Assembly (NCBI GenBank): GCA_950097015.1
Contig: CATNEN010000038.1
Span: forward strand, 22,444,001-22,508,000
Source of the DNA: Macrostomum hystrix
Lineage: Eukaryota; Animalia; Platyhelminthes
Direction of reading: 5' to 3'
DNA: 64,000 nt
Below the pieces are notes generated by a model. That model was not told where the DNA came from, made no database searches, and worked only from the letters and a program-made list of their open reading frames with translations. A program made the position numbers and the translations under genes. Positions 50,801 to 64,000 of this stretch are shown one piece after another (positions within the stretch are counted from its first letter, which is position 1; the number at the start of each line of letters is the position of its first letter).

Positions 50801-53800
50801 TTAATCGGTTTTCAGAATTTCACAGGCAACACGGACCAGCACACGCTCAACTTCATCAAGCTCACTCCGGTGCTATCCGGTCGCTATTTCCGTTTTTTCG
50901 GCTTCGACGCAAACGCCGCATTCCGTTTGACACTGAAGGGCTGCTTCGGTAAGAAGTCTTCTGACACTCTGTGTACCTTCCTGTAATTCGATAAAGTAGC
51001 GAACTAGACATTTCGGAGCGGAAGCCAAGTCTTTAACGTTATTTTTTTACGCAACTTCGTTTTAGCCGAGCGCATTGTGACCGCTTTGTCAAGGTCGCTT
51101 AACGTGCCGGTGGCTCAGCAATTGCGTACAGTTCGAGTCAACGCCTCAAATCTGGTGTCCAGCGCTCAGCTGCAGCTCACCTGGCCAGTGGAGCTGCCAA
51201 TTAGCGGTCTGCAGGTGAACAGCACCCGGCCGCTGCCGTTTGGCAACAATGCCGCGGTGCAGTTCGCTGCCCAGAACGGCTCCGCCTTCAAGATCGACGC
51301 CTTCTACGACGGGAAGCGGATTTTTGACTCTCTGGTACAAGTGGGAAACAATGGACCGCCAGTAAACGGCCAGGTTACGCTGAACCTCACCTACCTGACT
51401 AGGGTTGGTATTTTTTTATTCAACATTACGACTGACAATTACGTTTCCTTGAGCGAGTCGACTGTGACAACCAACCTCGAGGTGCAGTACCCGGTCGACG
51501 GCTTCCGCCTCACTGGTTACAACCACAGCATGCTGACGAGGCCTCAGAATCAAACCAGAAGCATTCAGTTTCACATCTGTATCGATCGGGCCGTTCGTGA
51601 CACAAGACTGCCTTCGCGAGTGTCGTACACAATCAAACTGGGCGAAGGCTTGCCCCAGTTGGGCCCTTACCAGGTCACTTGTGTGGAAGCCAACGAACCG
51701 CCAAGAGAGACTTTCTGCAGGAACATCAACCCCAACATGGCATTCTGCCAGCAGACAGTGGCCTATGTCTACTCAGTGCCAGGAATATTCAATGTGACGA
51801 TAAGCTTAAGCAACGACGTGTCAAGCGATGTCCAGTTTACTTCGCACACAGTCTACTCTGAGGTCAAAGATGTGTGGGGCGTGTTTCAGCTGAACCCAAG
51901 CTTCAGTGGTGACTCGCAGAAGATGACAGCAAGCGCTAGTAGCTACTATGCCATGGAGATGCCCGTACTCATGCTGGCGCAGATGCAGTTTGGAATCTCG
52001 CCAAGCGTCTGGTACGAGTGGAACTTCGGCGATAACAGCAGTCTGCAGACGACCTTCAATGTAGCGCTGATGAACCACACCTACCAATGGCCGGGCACTT
52101 ACAATGTTACCGTGACCGCTTACAACCCGGAGAGTAGGCTCACAGCTTCTAAGCTCATCCACATCTTTCAGAGTGTCTCAGGTGTAGCGTTGTCCACCGA
52201 CTTGCCTTACCCGATGCTGACAGAGTACAAGCTGGTCGTCAGCGCACAGACAATGGGCACCGAAGCTTGCTATCTAATTGATTTGTCAGCATGGATAGAA
52301 ACTAACCTTCGCCGCGTTAGCCAAAATTTGGAAGCCTACTCTGTGTTCGGCAACAGGTCGTTCTGCGAAGCCACCGAACCGTTCAAAGGTCGAGTCGCAA
52401 ACTACTGGAACAGCTTCGCCGCGAGCGCCTACGAGGCCGCTTATGCGCGCTACAGTCAGAGAACGGGTCCGGCTTCCTTTAGCGTGACGATTTCCAAGAA
52501 TGTTACCATTTACGGCATGCGAATTGTGAACTTCCAGGCTGCTAACCGAGTATCGAACGTCTCTTCCAGCTGGCCGATGACTTCAGCTCGAGGCTACTGC
52601 TTCGTGCCAAGGGCCCGTCTTGATCAGAACATTCAGAAGACATTTAAGCGAGGCGAGGACGTTGTAATAAGTGCCAATCAAGTTATTAATTGTTATAATT
52701 CGTCCGCTAACTTTCGCTGGAGCGTCGATGTACTCAACGACAGCACTTGGGTGAGCTATCAGAGCGAGCTGGTTAGCTTCTACAACCGATTCCGCGATGC
52801 CGTCTTCATGCAGACCTACGAGCATTACTCGCGGGGAATTTACTATCCGGAGAGACCTTTGGGTCTGCACCTGGTACAGCTGCGTCTGCCAAAGTACTCA
52901 CTGAAACACATGTCAGGTTTGGGCACAACGTATCGCATCAACCTGGAGCTCGTCATGGTGGAAGAGCCAAGCTTGGGCTCCAACAACTCTCTGTTAATTA
53001 GCCTGGAGCCGACAGACTTGAATCCCGTCATTCAGGCTTCATTTCAAAACGGCGGCACCTGGTTCTCGGCGCAGTCTCCGGCCCAGTTCCAGTACAGGAG
53101 TCCGCTCAAGGTGTCGTGCGCCGCTTCCACAGATCCGGACATCTTCCTGGCCGGCGGTGAGACGCAGGATCTCCAGTGCGAGTGGTACTGCTACCGCAGC
53201 TGCGAGGGTCGGCTAGTGCTCCAAACAGACAATCTTGTGTACAGCAAAGACAGCCAATCAGCTGGGGCCAAGTGTGACCAGTTCCTACTGGATGGCAACC
53301 CGGTCACTGAGCTGGGCTGTTTTGCGCGCAACACTCTGCGAGATCGCAACTACATGCCAAGCGTGGCGCCGAACGACTGGAAGGTGACGAAGGCTCAAGT
53401 GCTGAACACGGCGTTGCTGAACGCCATGAATCCCGTGGTCAGCTTCGTCTACAATGGCTCACAGTTCAAAGACACGTGGCTCAATGATATTGAAAAGAAC
53501 AATATCACGCATTACCTGTACGACATGAACGGCACAACGGAGGTAAACGTGGATACGTCGAATATGTTCGAGCTGCAGGAGCACTTCATGGTGTTGGTTG
53601 TCAGGGACAAAAAAGGCGGAAAGAAGCCGCAGAGGACCGTGTTCCAGATGAAGCTGACTAGAGGCATGCCGCCGATGGTTGCCTCAATGTGAGTACACAT
53701 GTGGGGTGTGTGATATAGATAACAGGTGTGTGGTATAGATAACAGGTGTGTGGTATAGATAACAGGTGTGTGGTATAGATAACAGGTGTGTGGTATAACA

Positions 53801-56800
53801 GGTGTGTGGTATAGATAACAGGTGTGTGGTATAGATAACAGGTCTGTGGTATAGATAACAGGTGTGTTATATAGATAACAGGTGTGTGGTATAGATAACA
53901 GGTGTGTGATATAGATAACAGGTGTGTGATATAGATAACAGGTGTGTGGTATAGATGACAGGTGTGTGGTATAGATAACAGGTGTGTGGTATAGATAACA
54001 GGTGTGTGGTATAGATAACAGGTGTGTGGTATAGATAACAGGTGTGTGATATAGATAACAGGTGTGTGGTATAGATGACAGGTGTGTGGTATAGATAACA
54101 GGTGTGTGGTATAGATTACAGGTGTGTGATGCATATTGTATCTTTATTATAGCAGGTTTTTACATTATTTGAAAGTGACATTGGATCTGAGCAATGCTGC
54201 AAGCGAGCTGTCAAATTCGTCAACTATTCATGGGTTCCGGAGTGTGAAATTATTTTCAAGAGGCCCCGATACAAGAAACAAAAGATCGGCCATAAGCTCT
54301 GACTGCCAAGAGAAGGATTATTTTCAATACAGAGTGGCTTGAGAAACTTGAAAACCCACTTGAAGGACAGCATGCCTGTTGTCGAGTTTTCTTCGCGAAA
54401 AGTTCTTTCTTTGCAGCAGCAATCGAGTTGAGTGCATACATTTCCTCATGCCGCACTGGCTGGGAACTAATCCAATTAACTTTTCCTACTCTGTTTCAAA
54501 GTTATATTTTCTAACCCATTCTATACTACTGACAGTAAAAACATTGCTAAATGCAAAAAGCAAACTGGTGGCATTCCTAACCAACAGGTGACATTTCTAT
54601 CTAGCAGGTGACATTTCTATCTAGCAGGTGACATTTCTATCTAGCAGGTGACATTTCTATCTAGCAGGTGACATTTCTATCTAACAGGTGACATTTCTAT
54701 CTAGCAGGTGACATTTCTATCTAGCAGGTGACATTTCTATCTAGCAGGTGACATTTCTATCTAGCAGGTGACATTTCTATCTAGCAGGTGACATTTCTAT
54801 CTAGCAGGTGACATTTCTATCTAGCAGGTGACATTTATATCTAGCAGGTGACATTTCTATCTAGCAGGTGACATTTCTATCTAGCAGGTGACATTCCTAA
54901 CCAACAGGTGACATTTCTATCAAACAGGTGACATTTCTATCTAACAGGTGACATTTCTATCTAGCAGGTGACATTCCTAACCAACAGGTGACATTTCTAT
55001 CTAACAGGTGACATTTCTATCTAGCAGGTGACATTTCTATCTAACAGGTGACATTTCTATCTAGCAGGTGACATTCCTAACCAACAGGTGACATTTCTAT
55101 CTAACAGGTGACATTTCTATCTAACAGGTGACATTTCTATCTAGCAGGTGACACTTCTATCTAACAGGGGACATTTCTATCTAGCAGGTGACATTTCTAT
55201 CTAGCAGGTGACATTTCTATCTAGCAGGTGACATTTCTATCTAGCAGGTGACATTTCTATCTAGCAGGTGACATTTCTATCTAGCAGGTGACATTTCTAT
55301 CTAGCAGGTGACATTTCTATCTAGCAGGTGACATTTCTATCTAGCAGGTGACATTCCTAACCAAAAGGTGACATTTCTATCTAACAAGTGACATTTCTAT
55401 CTAGCAGGTGACATTTCTATCTAGCAGGTGACACTTCTATCTAGCAGGTGACATTTCTATCTAGCAGGTGACATTCCTAACCAAAAGGTGACATTTCTAT
55501 CTAACAAGTTACATTTCTATCTAACAGGTGACACTTCTATCTAGCAGGTGACATTTCTATCTAACAGGTGACATTTCTATCTAGCAGGTGGCATTCCTAA
55601 CCAAAAGGTGACATTTCTATCTAACAAGTTACATTTCTATCTAACAGGTGACATTTCTATCTAGCAGGGTGACATTTCTATCTAACAGGTGACATTTCTA
55701 TCTAGCAGGTGACATTCCTAACCAACAGGTGACATTTCTATCTAGCAGGTGACATTCCTAACCAACAGGTGACATTTCTATCTAGCAGGTGACATTCCTA
55801 ACCAACAGGTGACATTTCTATCTAGCAGGTGACATTTCTATCTAGCAGGTGACATTTCTATCTAGCAGGTGACATTTCTATCTAGCAGGTGACATTTCTA
55901 TCTAGCAGGTGACATTTCTATCTAGCAGGTGACATTTCTATCTAGCAGGTGACATTTCTATCTAGCAGGTGACATTTCTATCTAGCAGGTGACATTTATA
56001 TCTAGCAGGTGACATTTCTATCTAACAGGTGACATTTCTATCTAGCAGGTGACATTCCTAACCAAAAGGTGACATTTCTATCTAACAAGTTACATTTCTA
56101 TCTAACAGGTGACACTTCTATCTAGCAGGTGACATTTCTATCTAACAGGTGACATTTCTATCTAGCAGGTGACATTCCTAACCAAAAGGTGACATTTCTA
56201 TCTAACAAGTTACATTTCTATCTAACAGGTGACATTTCTATCTAGCAGGTGACATTTCTATCTAACAGGTGACATTTCTATCTAGCAGGTGACATTCCTA
56301 ACCAACAGGTGACATTTCTATCTAACAGGTGACATTTCTATCTAACAGGTGACATTTCTATCTAGCAGGTGACACTTCTATCTAACAGGGGACATTTCTA
56401 TCTAGCAGGTGACATTTCTATCTAGCAGGTGACATTTCTATCTAGCAGGTGACATTTCTATCTAGCAGGTGACATTTCTATCTAGCAGGTGACATTTCTA
56501 TCTAGCAGGTGACATTTCTATCTAGCAGGTGACATTTCTATCTAGCAGGTGACATTTCTATCTAGCAGGTGACATTCCTAACCAAAAGGTGACATTTCTA
56601 TCTAACAAGTGACATTTCTATCTAGCAGGTGACATTTCTATCTAGCAGGTGACACTTCTATCTAGCAGGTGACATTTCTATCTAGCAGGTGACATTCCTA
56701 ACCAAAAGGTGACATTTCTATCTAACAAGTTACATTTCTATCTAACAGGTGACACTTCTATCTAGCAGGTGACATTTCTATCTAACAGGTGACATTTCTA

Positions 56801-59800
56801 TCTAGCAGGTGACATTCCTAACCAAAAGGTGACATTTCTATCTAACAAGTTACATTTCTATCTAACAGGTGACATTTCTATCTAGCAGGGTGACATTTCT
56901 ATCTAACAGGTGACATTTCTATCTAGCAGGTGACATTCCTAACCAACAGGTGACATTTCTATCTAGCAGGTGACATTCCTAACCAACAGGTGACATTTCT
57001 ATCTAGCAGGTGACATTTCTATCTAGCAGGTGACATTTCTATCTAGCAGGTGACATTTCTATCTAGCAGGTGACATTTCTATCTAGCAGGTGACATTTCT
57101 ATCTAGCAGGTGACATTTCTATCTAGCAGGTGACATTCCTAACCAACAGGTGACATTTCTATCTAGCAGGTGACATTCCTAACCAACAGGTGACATTTCT
57201 ATCTAGCAGGTGACATTTATATCTAGCAGGTGACATTTCTATCTAACAGGTGACATTTCTATCTAGCAGGTGACATTCCTAACCAAAAGGTGACATTTCT
57301 ATCTAACAAGTTACATTTCTATCTAACAGGTGACACTTCTATCTAGCAGGTGACATTTCTATCTAACAGGTGACATTTCTATCTAGCAGGTGACATTCCT
57401 AACCAAAAGGTGACATTTCTATCTAACAAGTTACATTTCTATCTAACAGGTGACATTTCTATCTAGCAGGTGACATTTCTATCTAACAGGTGACATTTCT
57501 ATCTAGCAGGTGACATTCCTAACCAACAGGTGACATTTCTATCTAACAGGTGACATTTCTATCTAACAGGTGACATTTCTATCTAGCAGGTGACACTTCT
57601 ATCTAACAGGGGACATTTCTATCTAGCAGGTGACATTTCTATCTAGCAGGTGACATTTCTATCTAGCAGGTGACATTTCTATCTAGCAGGTGACATTTCT
57701 ATCTAGCAGGTGACATTTCTATCTAGCAGGTGACATTTCTATCTAGCAGGTGACATTTCTATCTAGCAGGTGACATTTCTATCTAGCAGGTGACATTTCT
57801 ATCTAGCAGGTGACATTCCTAACCAAAAGGTGACATTTCTATCTAACAAGTGACATTTCTATCTAGCAGGTGACATTTCTATCTAGCAGGTGACACTTCT
57901 ATCTAGCAGGTGACATTTCTATCTAGCAGGTGACATTCCTAACCAAAAGGTGACATTTCTATCTAACAAGTTACATTTCTATCTAACAGGTGACACTTCT
58001 ATCTAGCAGGTGACATTTCTATCTAACAGGTGACATTTCTATCTAGCAGGTGACATTCCTAACCAAAAGGTGACATTTCTATCTAACAAGTTACATTTCT
58101 ATCTAACAGGTGACATTTCTATCTAGCAGGGTGACATTTCTATCTAACAGGTGACATTTCTATCTAGCAGGTGACATTCCTAACCAACAGGTGACATTTC
58201 TATCTAGCAGGTGACATTCCTAACCAACAGGTGACATTTCTATCTAGCAGGTGACATTTCTATCTAGCAGGTGACATTTCTATCTAGCAGGTGACATTTC
58301 TATCTAGCAGGTGACATTTCTATCTAGCAGGTGACATTTCTATCTAGCAGGTGACATTTCTATCTAGCAGGTGACATTTCTATCTAGCAGGTGACATTCC
58401 TAACCAACAGGTGACATTTCTATCTAGCAGGTGACATTCCTAACCAACAGGTGACATTTCTATCTAACAAGTGACATTTCTATCTAGCAGGTGACATTTC
58501 TATCTAGCAGGTGACATTTCTATCTAGCAGGTGACATTTCTATCTAGCAGGTGACATTTCTATCTAGCAGGTGACATTCCTAACCAACAGGTGACATTTC
58601 TATCTAGCAGGTGACATTCCTAACCAACAGGTGACATTTCTATCTAACAGGTGACATTTCTATCTAACAGGTGATATTTCTATCTATCAGGTGACATGTT
58701 TATCTAGCAGGTGACATTTATATTTAACCATCATTCGAAATTATCCTTCCAAATGAATTTCAGCTGCGTATCGAACTGCAACAAGGCCAGAATGACAGCC
58801 CTGACCTCCGGTGTCTTCAGGTGCAATCAGGAGGTGATTAAAATTGATGCCACAACGTCGTTCAAGTTGCAGACAAAGATTTTGGACTACAATCCGGCAG
58901 CCACGTATTCTTACGAGTGGCAAATTTCATCCATCGCCAACCCGTTCTACAAATGCCCCGATGACCTCACGGAACAGGACCTGCTCACTAGCTTTGCTGC
59001 CCAAAAGTTGCGGTCAGGAAGCGAGCCATGGAGTCGAATTAACGGACGTGAGCAGAATTTTACTTGCGAATGATAACTGCTAGTTCTGCTTACTGAAAAT
59101 TTATCATCAATAGAAGCACAACTAAAAATGTCAAACTGGCTAATCTATGCTATCCTTTTTTTAATCATTTCAGTGTCAAAATCGAGTACAGGTAAGTTAA
59201 TTAATCCGCGTTTAGCCTTTTCATTAATGATTTTCGTTATTTTCATTACTTAGAATGACAATTCTTTTATTCTTACATGCATTAAGTCTTAAAATAATAT
59301 GGGAACCAAAATACTAAAAATGGGGACTGGGGATCAGAATCCCATTTGAGGGGATCACGATTTTAAAACTGGGGATCACTATCCCAATTGAGGGGATTAC
59401 GATTCTAAAACTGCGTATCAGAATCCTAATTGAGGGGATCACGATTCTAAAACTGGGGATCGGAATCCCAATTGAGGGAATCGCGATTCTAAAACTGGGG
59501 ATCAGAATCCCAATGAGGGGGATTACGATTCTAAAACTGAGGATCAGCATCCTAATTGAGGGAATCGCGATTCTAAAACTGGGGATCAGAATCCCAATGA
59601 GGGGGATTACGATTCTAAAACTGAGGATCAGCATCCTAATTGAGGGAATCGCGATTCTAAAACTGAGGATCGGAATCCCAATTGAGGGAGTCACGATTCT
59701 AAAACTGGGGATCAGAATCCCAATGAGGGGGATTACGATTCTAAAACTGAGGATCAGCATCCTAATTGAGGGAATCGCGATTCTAAAACTGAGGATCGGA

Positions 59801-62193
59801 ATCCCAATTGAGGGAGTCACGATTCTAAAACTGGGGATCAGAATCCCAATGAGGGGGATTACGATTCTAAAACTGAGGATCAGAATCCTAATTGAGGGAA
59901 TCACGATTCTAAAAACTGAGGATCGGAATCCCAATTGAGGGAATCGCGATTCTAAAACTGGGGATCAGAATCCCAATGAGGGGGATTACGATTCTAAAAC
60001 TGAGGATCAGCATCCTAATTGAGGGAATCGCGATTCTAAAACTGGGGATCAGAATCCCAATGAGGGGGATTACGATTCTAAAACTGAGGATCAGCATCCT
60101 AATTGAGGGAATCGCGATTCTAAAACTGAGGATCGGAATCCCAATTGAGGGAGTCACGATTCTAAAACTGGGGATCAGAATCCCAATGAGGGGGATTACG
60201 ATTCTAAAACTGAGGATCAGCATCCTAATTGAGGGAATCGCGATTCTAAAACTGAGGATCGGAATCCCAATTGAGGGAGTCACGATTCTAAAACTGGGGA
60301 TCAGAATCCCAATGAGGGGGATTACGATTCTAAAACTGAGGATCAGAATCCTAATTGAGGGAATCGCGATTCTAAAACTGAGGATCGGAATCCCAATTGA
60401 GGAAATCACGATTCTAAAACTGGGGATCGGAATCCCAATGAAGGGGATCACGATTCTAAAACTGGGGATCAGAATCCTAATTGAGGGAATCGCGATTTTA
60501 AAACTGAGGATCGGAATCCTAATTGAGGGGATCACGATTCTAAAACTGTGGATCGGAATCCCAATCGAGGAAATCACGATTCTAAAACTAGGGATCAGAA
60601 TCCCAATGAAGGGGATTACGATTCCAAAACTGGGGATCAAAATCCCAGTGCAGAATCTCTGTAGAAGATGGGGTAATGGTTCTATAGCACTTGTCTAATT
60701 GCATTCCGCAGGTATCTATGGACCTGGCCTGGCTCTGGACGAGAATCTTCCCTTCTTGACAAATGTGTCCTCAAACCAGTACTTCGCCCTGCAAATCTCG
60801 TCCTATCGCGGCACAGACGTCAACAACACCGGCTTCACCCGAGTCCTATTCACAATCAACAACAATCCGAGCATTGCCAATTTGTCAGTCACTGTCAGTC
60901 CTACAACTGGCGAAGCTTTGAATACCAGGTTTAGCATCGACTGCTCCGGAGCTACAGATGAGGATGGAATTCTCGGCTACTACATCGGTTACTCAACTGC
61001 GCCGAATGCTGACATGAGCAAGTGCAGCTGGATCAACTCCAGGATGAGTAAGTTAAGCTTACCTACCTTGCCAATCTGGCAATTACTTGAGTATTTATCT
61101 GTTGAGACAGACAGCCATGATATTTTCGAGTTGTGTAGAGTTGTATTTACAAAAAGCGCAGGATAAGGGGCCTAGGGAGGTGCGAAGAGGTGGCTTGACT
61201 TGGGGGTTCATCTTGAGACACTAAAATTTAGGGTTCAACTGGAGAGGTTCAACTTGAGGGGTTCAACTGGAGGTTTTAAATTAAGGGGTTCAAATTAAGG
61301 GTTTCAACTTGAGGGGTTCAACTTGAGGGTTCAACTTGAGGGTTCAACTTGAGGGGTTCAACTTAACAGGTTCAACTTGAGGGGTTCAACTTGAGGGGTT
61401 CAACTTGAGGGGTTCAACTTGAGGAATTCTCAGTGCGGCTGCACTGGCTCTCGCCGGTTGCGAATAGACTGACCGCCACTCTATCTAATGACCTAACAAA
61501 ATTTTACCTTTTCAACTTACCTTTAGTTAGCAGTTGCAGCTTGTCGGGCCAGATGCTGCCTGCAGGCCTGCCAGCCAATGGCAATCAAGTGTGGATCTGC
61601 ATCAGGGTGTTCGACACAATTTTTTCGTTCAGCTTCTTCAGCAATTTCAGCGTGCGAGTCACGGCGCCAGTCATGGATGTAGCCAGCAATCCAGACTTTC
61701 TCAGAGAGAAGGAGAACATTGTGAAGTCTGGCAGCCTCTCGGATCTGGTGTCATTTGCCAGCGTGGCTGCGGCCGTCATGAACCAGCCGACAGTCAGCGG
61801 CAGCGACAGCGCCGGCGGCGCAGCAACCACCGCGCCAGTGTCCGCTCAGCAGGCTCAAGAGGCGCTGAACAAGGCCAAGGCGGTGCGTCGCGATCTTCTA
61901 GTTGGCATGAAGAATATTCTCAACAACCAGCAGAACAACAATGGCACCGCGGCAACCGTGGACGCTGGCCAGATTCAGAACACCTTGGATTGCGTCAAAG
62001 TGCTCACATCGAATCCTAAAGAGTTAAACACCGAAGGCATCAGCGCTGCTAGCGACATTTTGAAGAATCAGGCGAATTTTCTTCTGTCAAGCTCGCAGGA
62101 CACCAGCACCGGCGCGTCCGACATTGCTAACGCTGTTGGGCCATTGTTCGAGGCTTCTAGCAACCTGCTAATGGCTCAAGAGGCAACGTCTAC

Positions 62194-62236
<43 letters not shown>

Positions 62237-64000
62237 GGCAGTGGTAGTGGCAGCGGCAGCAGCAGCAGCAGCAGCAGTAGTCAGCCGGCAAAGCCGAACA
62301 CGAAGCTACTGAGCACTCTGTCAGCTGGAGGGTCTGCCATCCTCAACAAGCAGGTGGTCGGCGAGAAGGCCACCGTTGTGATTGGCGGCCAGCTGGCCTT
62401 GTCCTGCAGCAAAGCTGAGAACTACAAAATGATTGATTGTGAGCCGATAAATTGACGATTTCTTTATTTGATCCTAGCCTTGTATCTAGCGCAAGCATCG
62501 CACAGAACAATGGGCAGACAGGCAATCACCCAAGTTTATGCAGCAACAAAGGATAGTAACCTATGTTTTAGGTGAAAACTGAAAATGAATTAGTGATCAG
62601 TGATGAGTGATGAGTATTCAGTAGAAATAATTAATTATTTAGAGTTAAGTGTCTTGCTAAAGGACACAGGGAACTGTTCCTGTGGAGTCGAGAATCGAAC
62701 CTCCGACCTTCAAGACGTCAGTTTGATGCTCTCAGCACTAGGCTAACCATTAGCTGAGTTAGCGAAATAGACGCATAGAACAAGGTGAAAATTAATCTGA
62801 GTACGGATGGATAAAAACTCAAATAGGGAGGATGTGTATTCAAGGTCGCATGAACTTTCTGAACACCTAAAAACCCCTTCGCACAGCCACACTGGAAGCC
62901 GGCCGGCCCACCGAGTGCGGCAAGGTGAAGTTCGGCAGAACCAAACGCGCCGACGGCAATGATCTCTTCAGCCAATACAATCCGGACTCGAAGAAGTTTG
63001 AGAAGTCGCCATTTGTTAGTTCGCAGTTCTCCACACTAACAACGAACATGTTTTCCATGGCAACTGGCGGGGCCAACCTGTCATCGAATGTATTCATTTT
63101 GACAACGCAGGACGGAGCCACTGGCACCACTAATCCGTTTGAAGTCACAGATACGTCGCAAGATTCTGAGATTGAAGTGCTCATATCTACCAGGTAAGGC
63201 CTTAAAAATAAAAATAACAGTAAATAGGGCTGTGGGTACAACGACATCAGTTTGAAACGCAGCCAGCAAGGCAGTTGGAAGTTTCAATGAATCTCTCATT
63301 GGAAAGTAAATACCCAAAGAATATTGTGACTAAGTTTTTCTCAGATTCCTAAAACGGATTGTAGCTCGTAAGAATGTCGGGGGTTCGACTCACGACTACC
63401 CTGGAAAAAATTGGCGTTCGTTAGCAATGAATTTAACTCTGAATTGCTTCAGTTAACGCAGCTTTTAATGGGTAATTAGCGGAGATAACTGAGGGTATGA
63501 AGTTTCCGAGTCCATGGACTGAACAGCCGTACGCAGCCTTCAGATGCGCCGCGCAATAGCTGTGGCTGTTCTGTCGGCTGCACATCTGGCCCTAATAGTG
63601 CAGTTAAGGTAAATAAAAAGTTCAATGACAAGCAAAATGTTTTATTTATCAGCAAAATCAATACCGGGCCAACCACTATGTGACAGTAAGAAGCTTTGAA
63701 CAGCTTAGTGTCCTATGTACACCCACCAAATTATTCTTTTTCTATGGCTTCAAATAATAACAAAGAGCGTGCTCAATCTCACAGAGACGGCGGCACTGGC
63801 ACTGAGTCTGCCTACATGGAGACGCTGCCTATCAGTGAAAAAATGCGGACTCAAATGACCGAGGTCACGCCGGACCAGGGCCTGTTCGTCAAGCTGACTC
63901 GCTTCCTCAACTACACCGTGCTGATGGAGAATCTCACCGAGTCGTCTAACCAAACTATACAAGTGAGCAGCCCAAGCTCAGTTATTATTGTTCATCCGTT
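39523..64000 (+). CDS. Polycystin-1-like / REJ-domain receptor (PKD1L-type), 5' part; continues beyond window
   Basis: Phase-consistent exons 39523-39598 (signal peptide), 40106-40235, 40332-40525 (WSC-like CRYEC..CLCG..C..C..CG), 40642-40800, 40868-41095, 41173-41336, 44975-45689, 45785-45978 (PKD WDFADG), 47535-47643, 48514-48582, 49865-49966, 50059-50229, 50456-50718, 50816-50948 (F5/8C), 51066-53688 (PKD WNFGD, REJ start), 58764-59047, 59174-59191, 60712-61047, 61527-62438, 62887-63193, 63785-63962. REJ motifs [44 protein letters not shown]. Confidence 0.9.
39698..40025 (+). mobile_element. tRNA-derived SINE family A, near full length, in PKD1-like intron 1
   Basis: A-box GTGGCAGAGCGG, B-box GAGTTCGATTCC, shared body and 3' end. 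Confidence 0.85.
41488..44803. repeat. 28-bp satellite (ACAAAAGCTACGAGCTATCCACGAYGRC)n with higher-order structure, intronic
   Basis: Diverged monomer AACCTAAAACTACTAGCTAATAACTACG recurs 15 times at multiples of 28 bp. Confidence 0.98.
45994..47362. repeat. (TCTCTCTG)n pyrimidine-rich microsatellite, intronic
   Basis: Low-complexity tract between exons ending 45978 and starting 47535. Confidence 0.98.
49275..49826. repeat. Degenerate ~20-bp minisatellite (CTACAATCCTATCTAGTTCC)n, intronic
   Basis: Tandem copies. Confidence 0.9.
53705..54130. repeat. 20-bp minisatellite (GTGTGTGGTATAGATAACAG)n, intronic
   Basis: Tandem copies. Confidence 0.95.
54568..58720. repeat. 20-bp satellite (GTGACATTTCTATCTAGCAG)n, ~207 copies, intronic
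   Basis: Tandem copies; rare variant AACAGGGG recurs with 1221-bp period (near 55167, 56388, 57609). Confidence 0.98.
59326..60647. repeat. 42-bp minisatellite (GGGGATCAGAATCCCAATGAGGGGGATTACGATTCTAAAACT)n, intronic
   Basis: Tandem copies. Confidence 0.95.
61230..61424. repeat. ~14-bp minisatellite (GGGGTTCAACTTGA)n, intronic
   Basis: Tandem copies. Confidence 0.9.
62686..62750 (-). mobile_element. tRNA-derived SINE head, minus strand
   Basis: Minus strand TAGCCTAGTG..GGTCGGAGGTTCGATTCTCGACTC (A- and B-box). Confidence 0.5.
63350..63592 (+). mobile_element. tRNA-derived SINE family B
   Basis: GTCGGGGGTTCGACTC B-box and body shared with 37426-37505. Confidence 0.7.

Noticed and set aside
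59314-60698. Hydrophobic Ile-rich ORFs
   Set aside because: Artefacts of a 42-bp intronic minisatellite.
61230-61424. Telomere-like repeat
   Set aside because: Unit is GGGGTTCAACTTGA, not TTAGGG; intronic.

Overview
Eukaryotic (animal) genomic DNA with GT-AG introns, tRNA-derived SINEs and very abundant minisatellites. The style is reminiscent of a free-living flatworm such as Macrostomum, but this is inference only. 1-8 kb is a nest of transposon debris: a decayed APE+RT LINE, two different truncated Crypton-type tyrosine recombinase genes surrounded by hairpins and a 618-bp palindrome, and a THAP-only P element with 94-bp TIRs and an 8-bp TSD. 8.0-11.9 kb holds a multi-exon lectin-like/Ig/TM receptor gene with an ITSM-type tail, enclosed by a ~56-bp inverted repeat pair. 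Then follow an ankyrin-repeat TRPM/TRPS-like channel (15.8-21.2 kb, 5 exons, 1200 aa), a small type I membrane protein, a FYVE-less SARA/endofin-like gene, a secreted C-type lectin+PAN gene, and the 5' part of a very large polycystin-1-like (WSC/PKD/F5-8C/REJ) gene that runs off the right edge and whose introns are filled with satellites. The best candidates for a new system are (i) an inverted-repeat-bounded, possibly mobile immune-type receptor cassette and (ii) a two-recombinase Crypton locus with covarying attC-like hairpins. All exon models were built by hand from splice signals and frame/phase continuity; family assignments are from motif recognition, not database searches.
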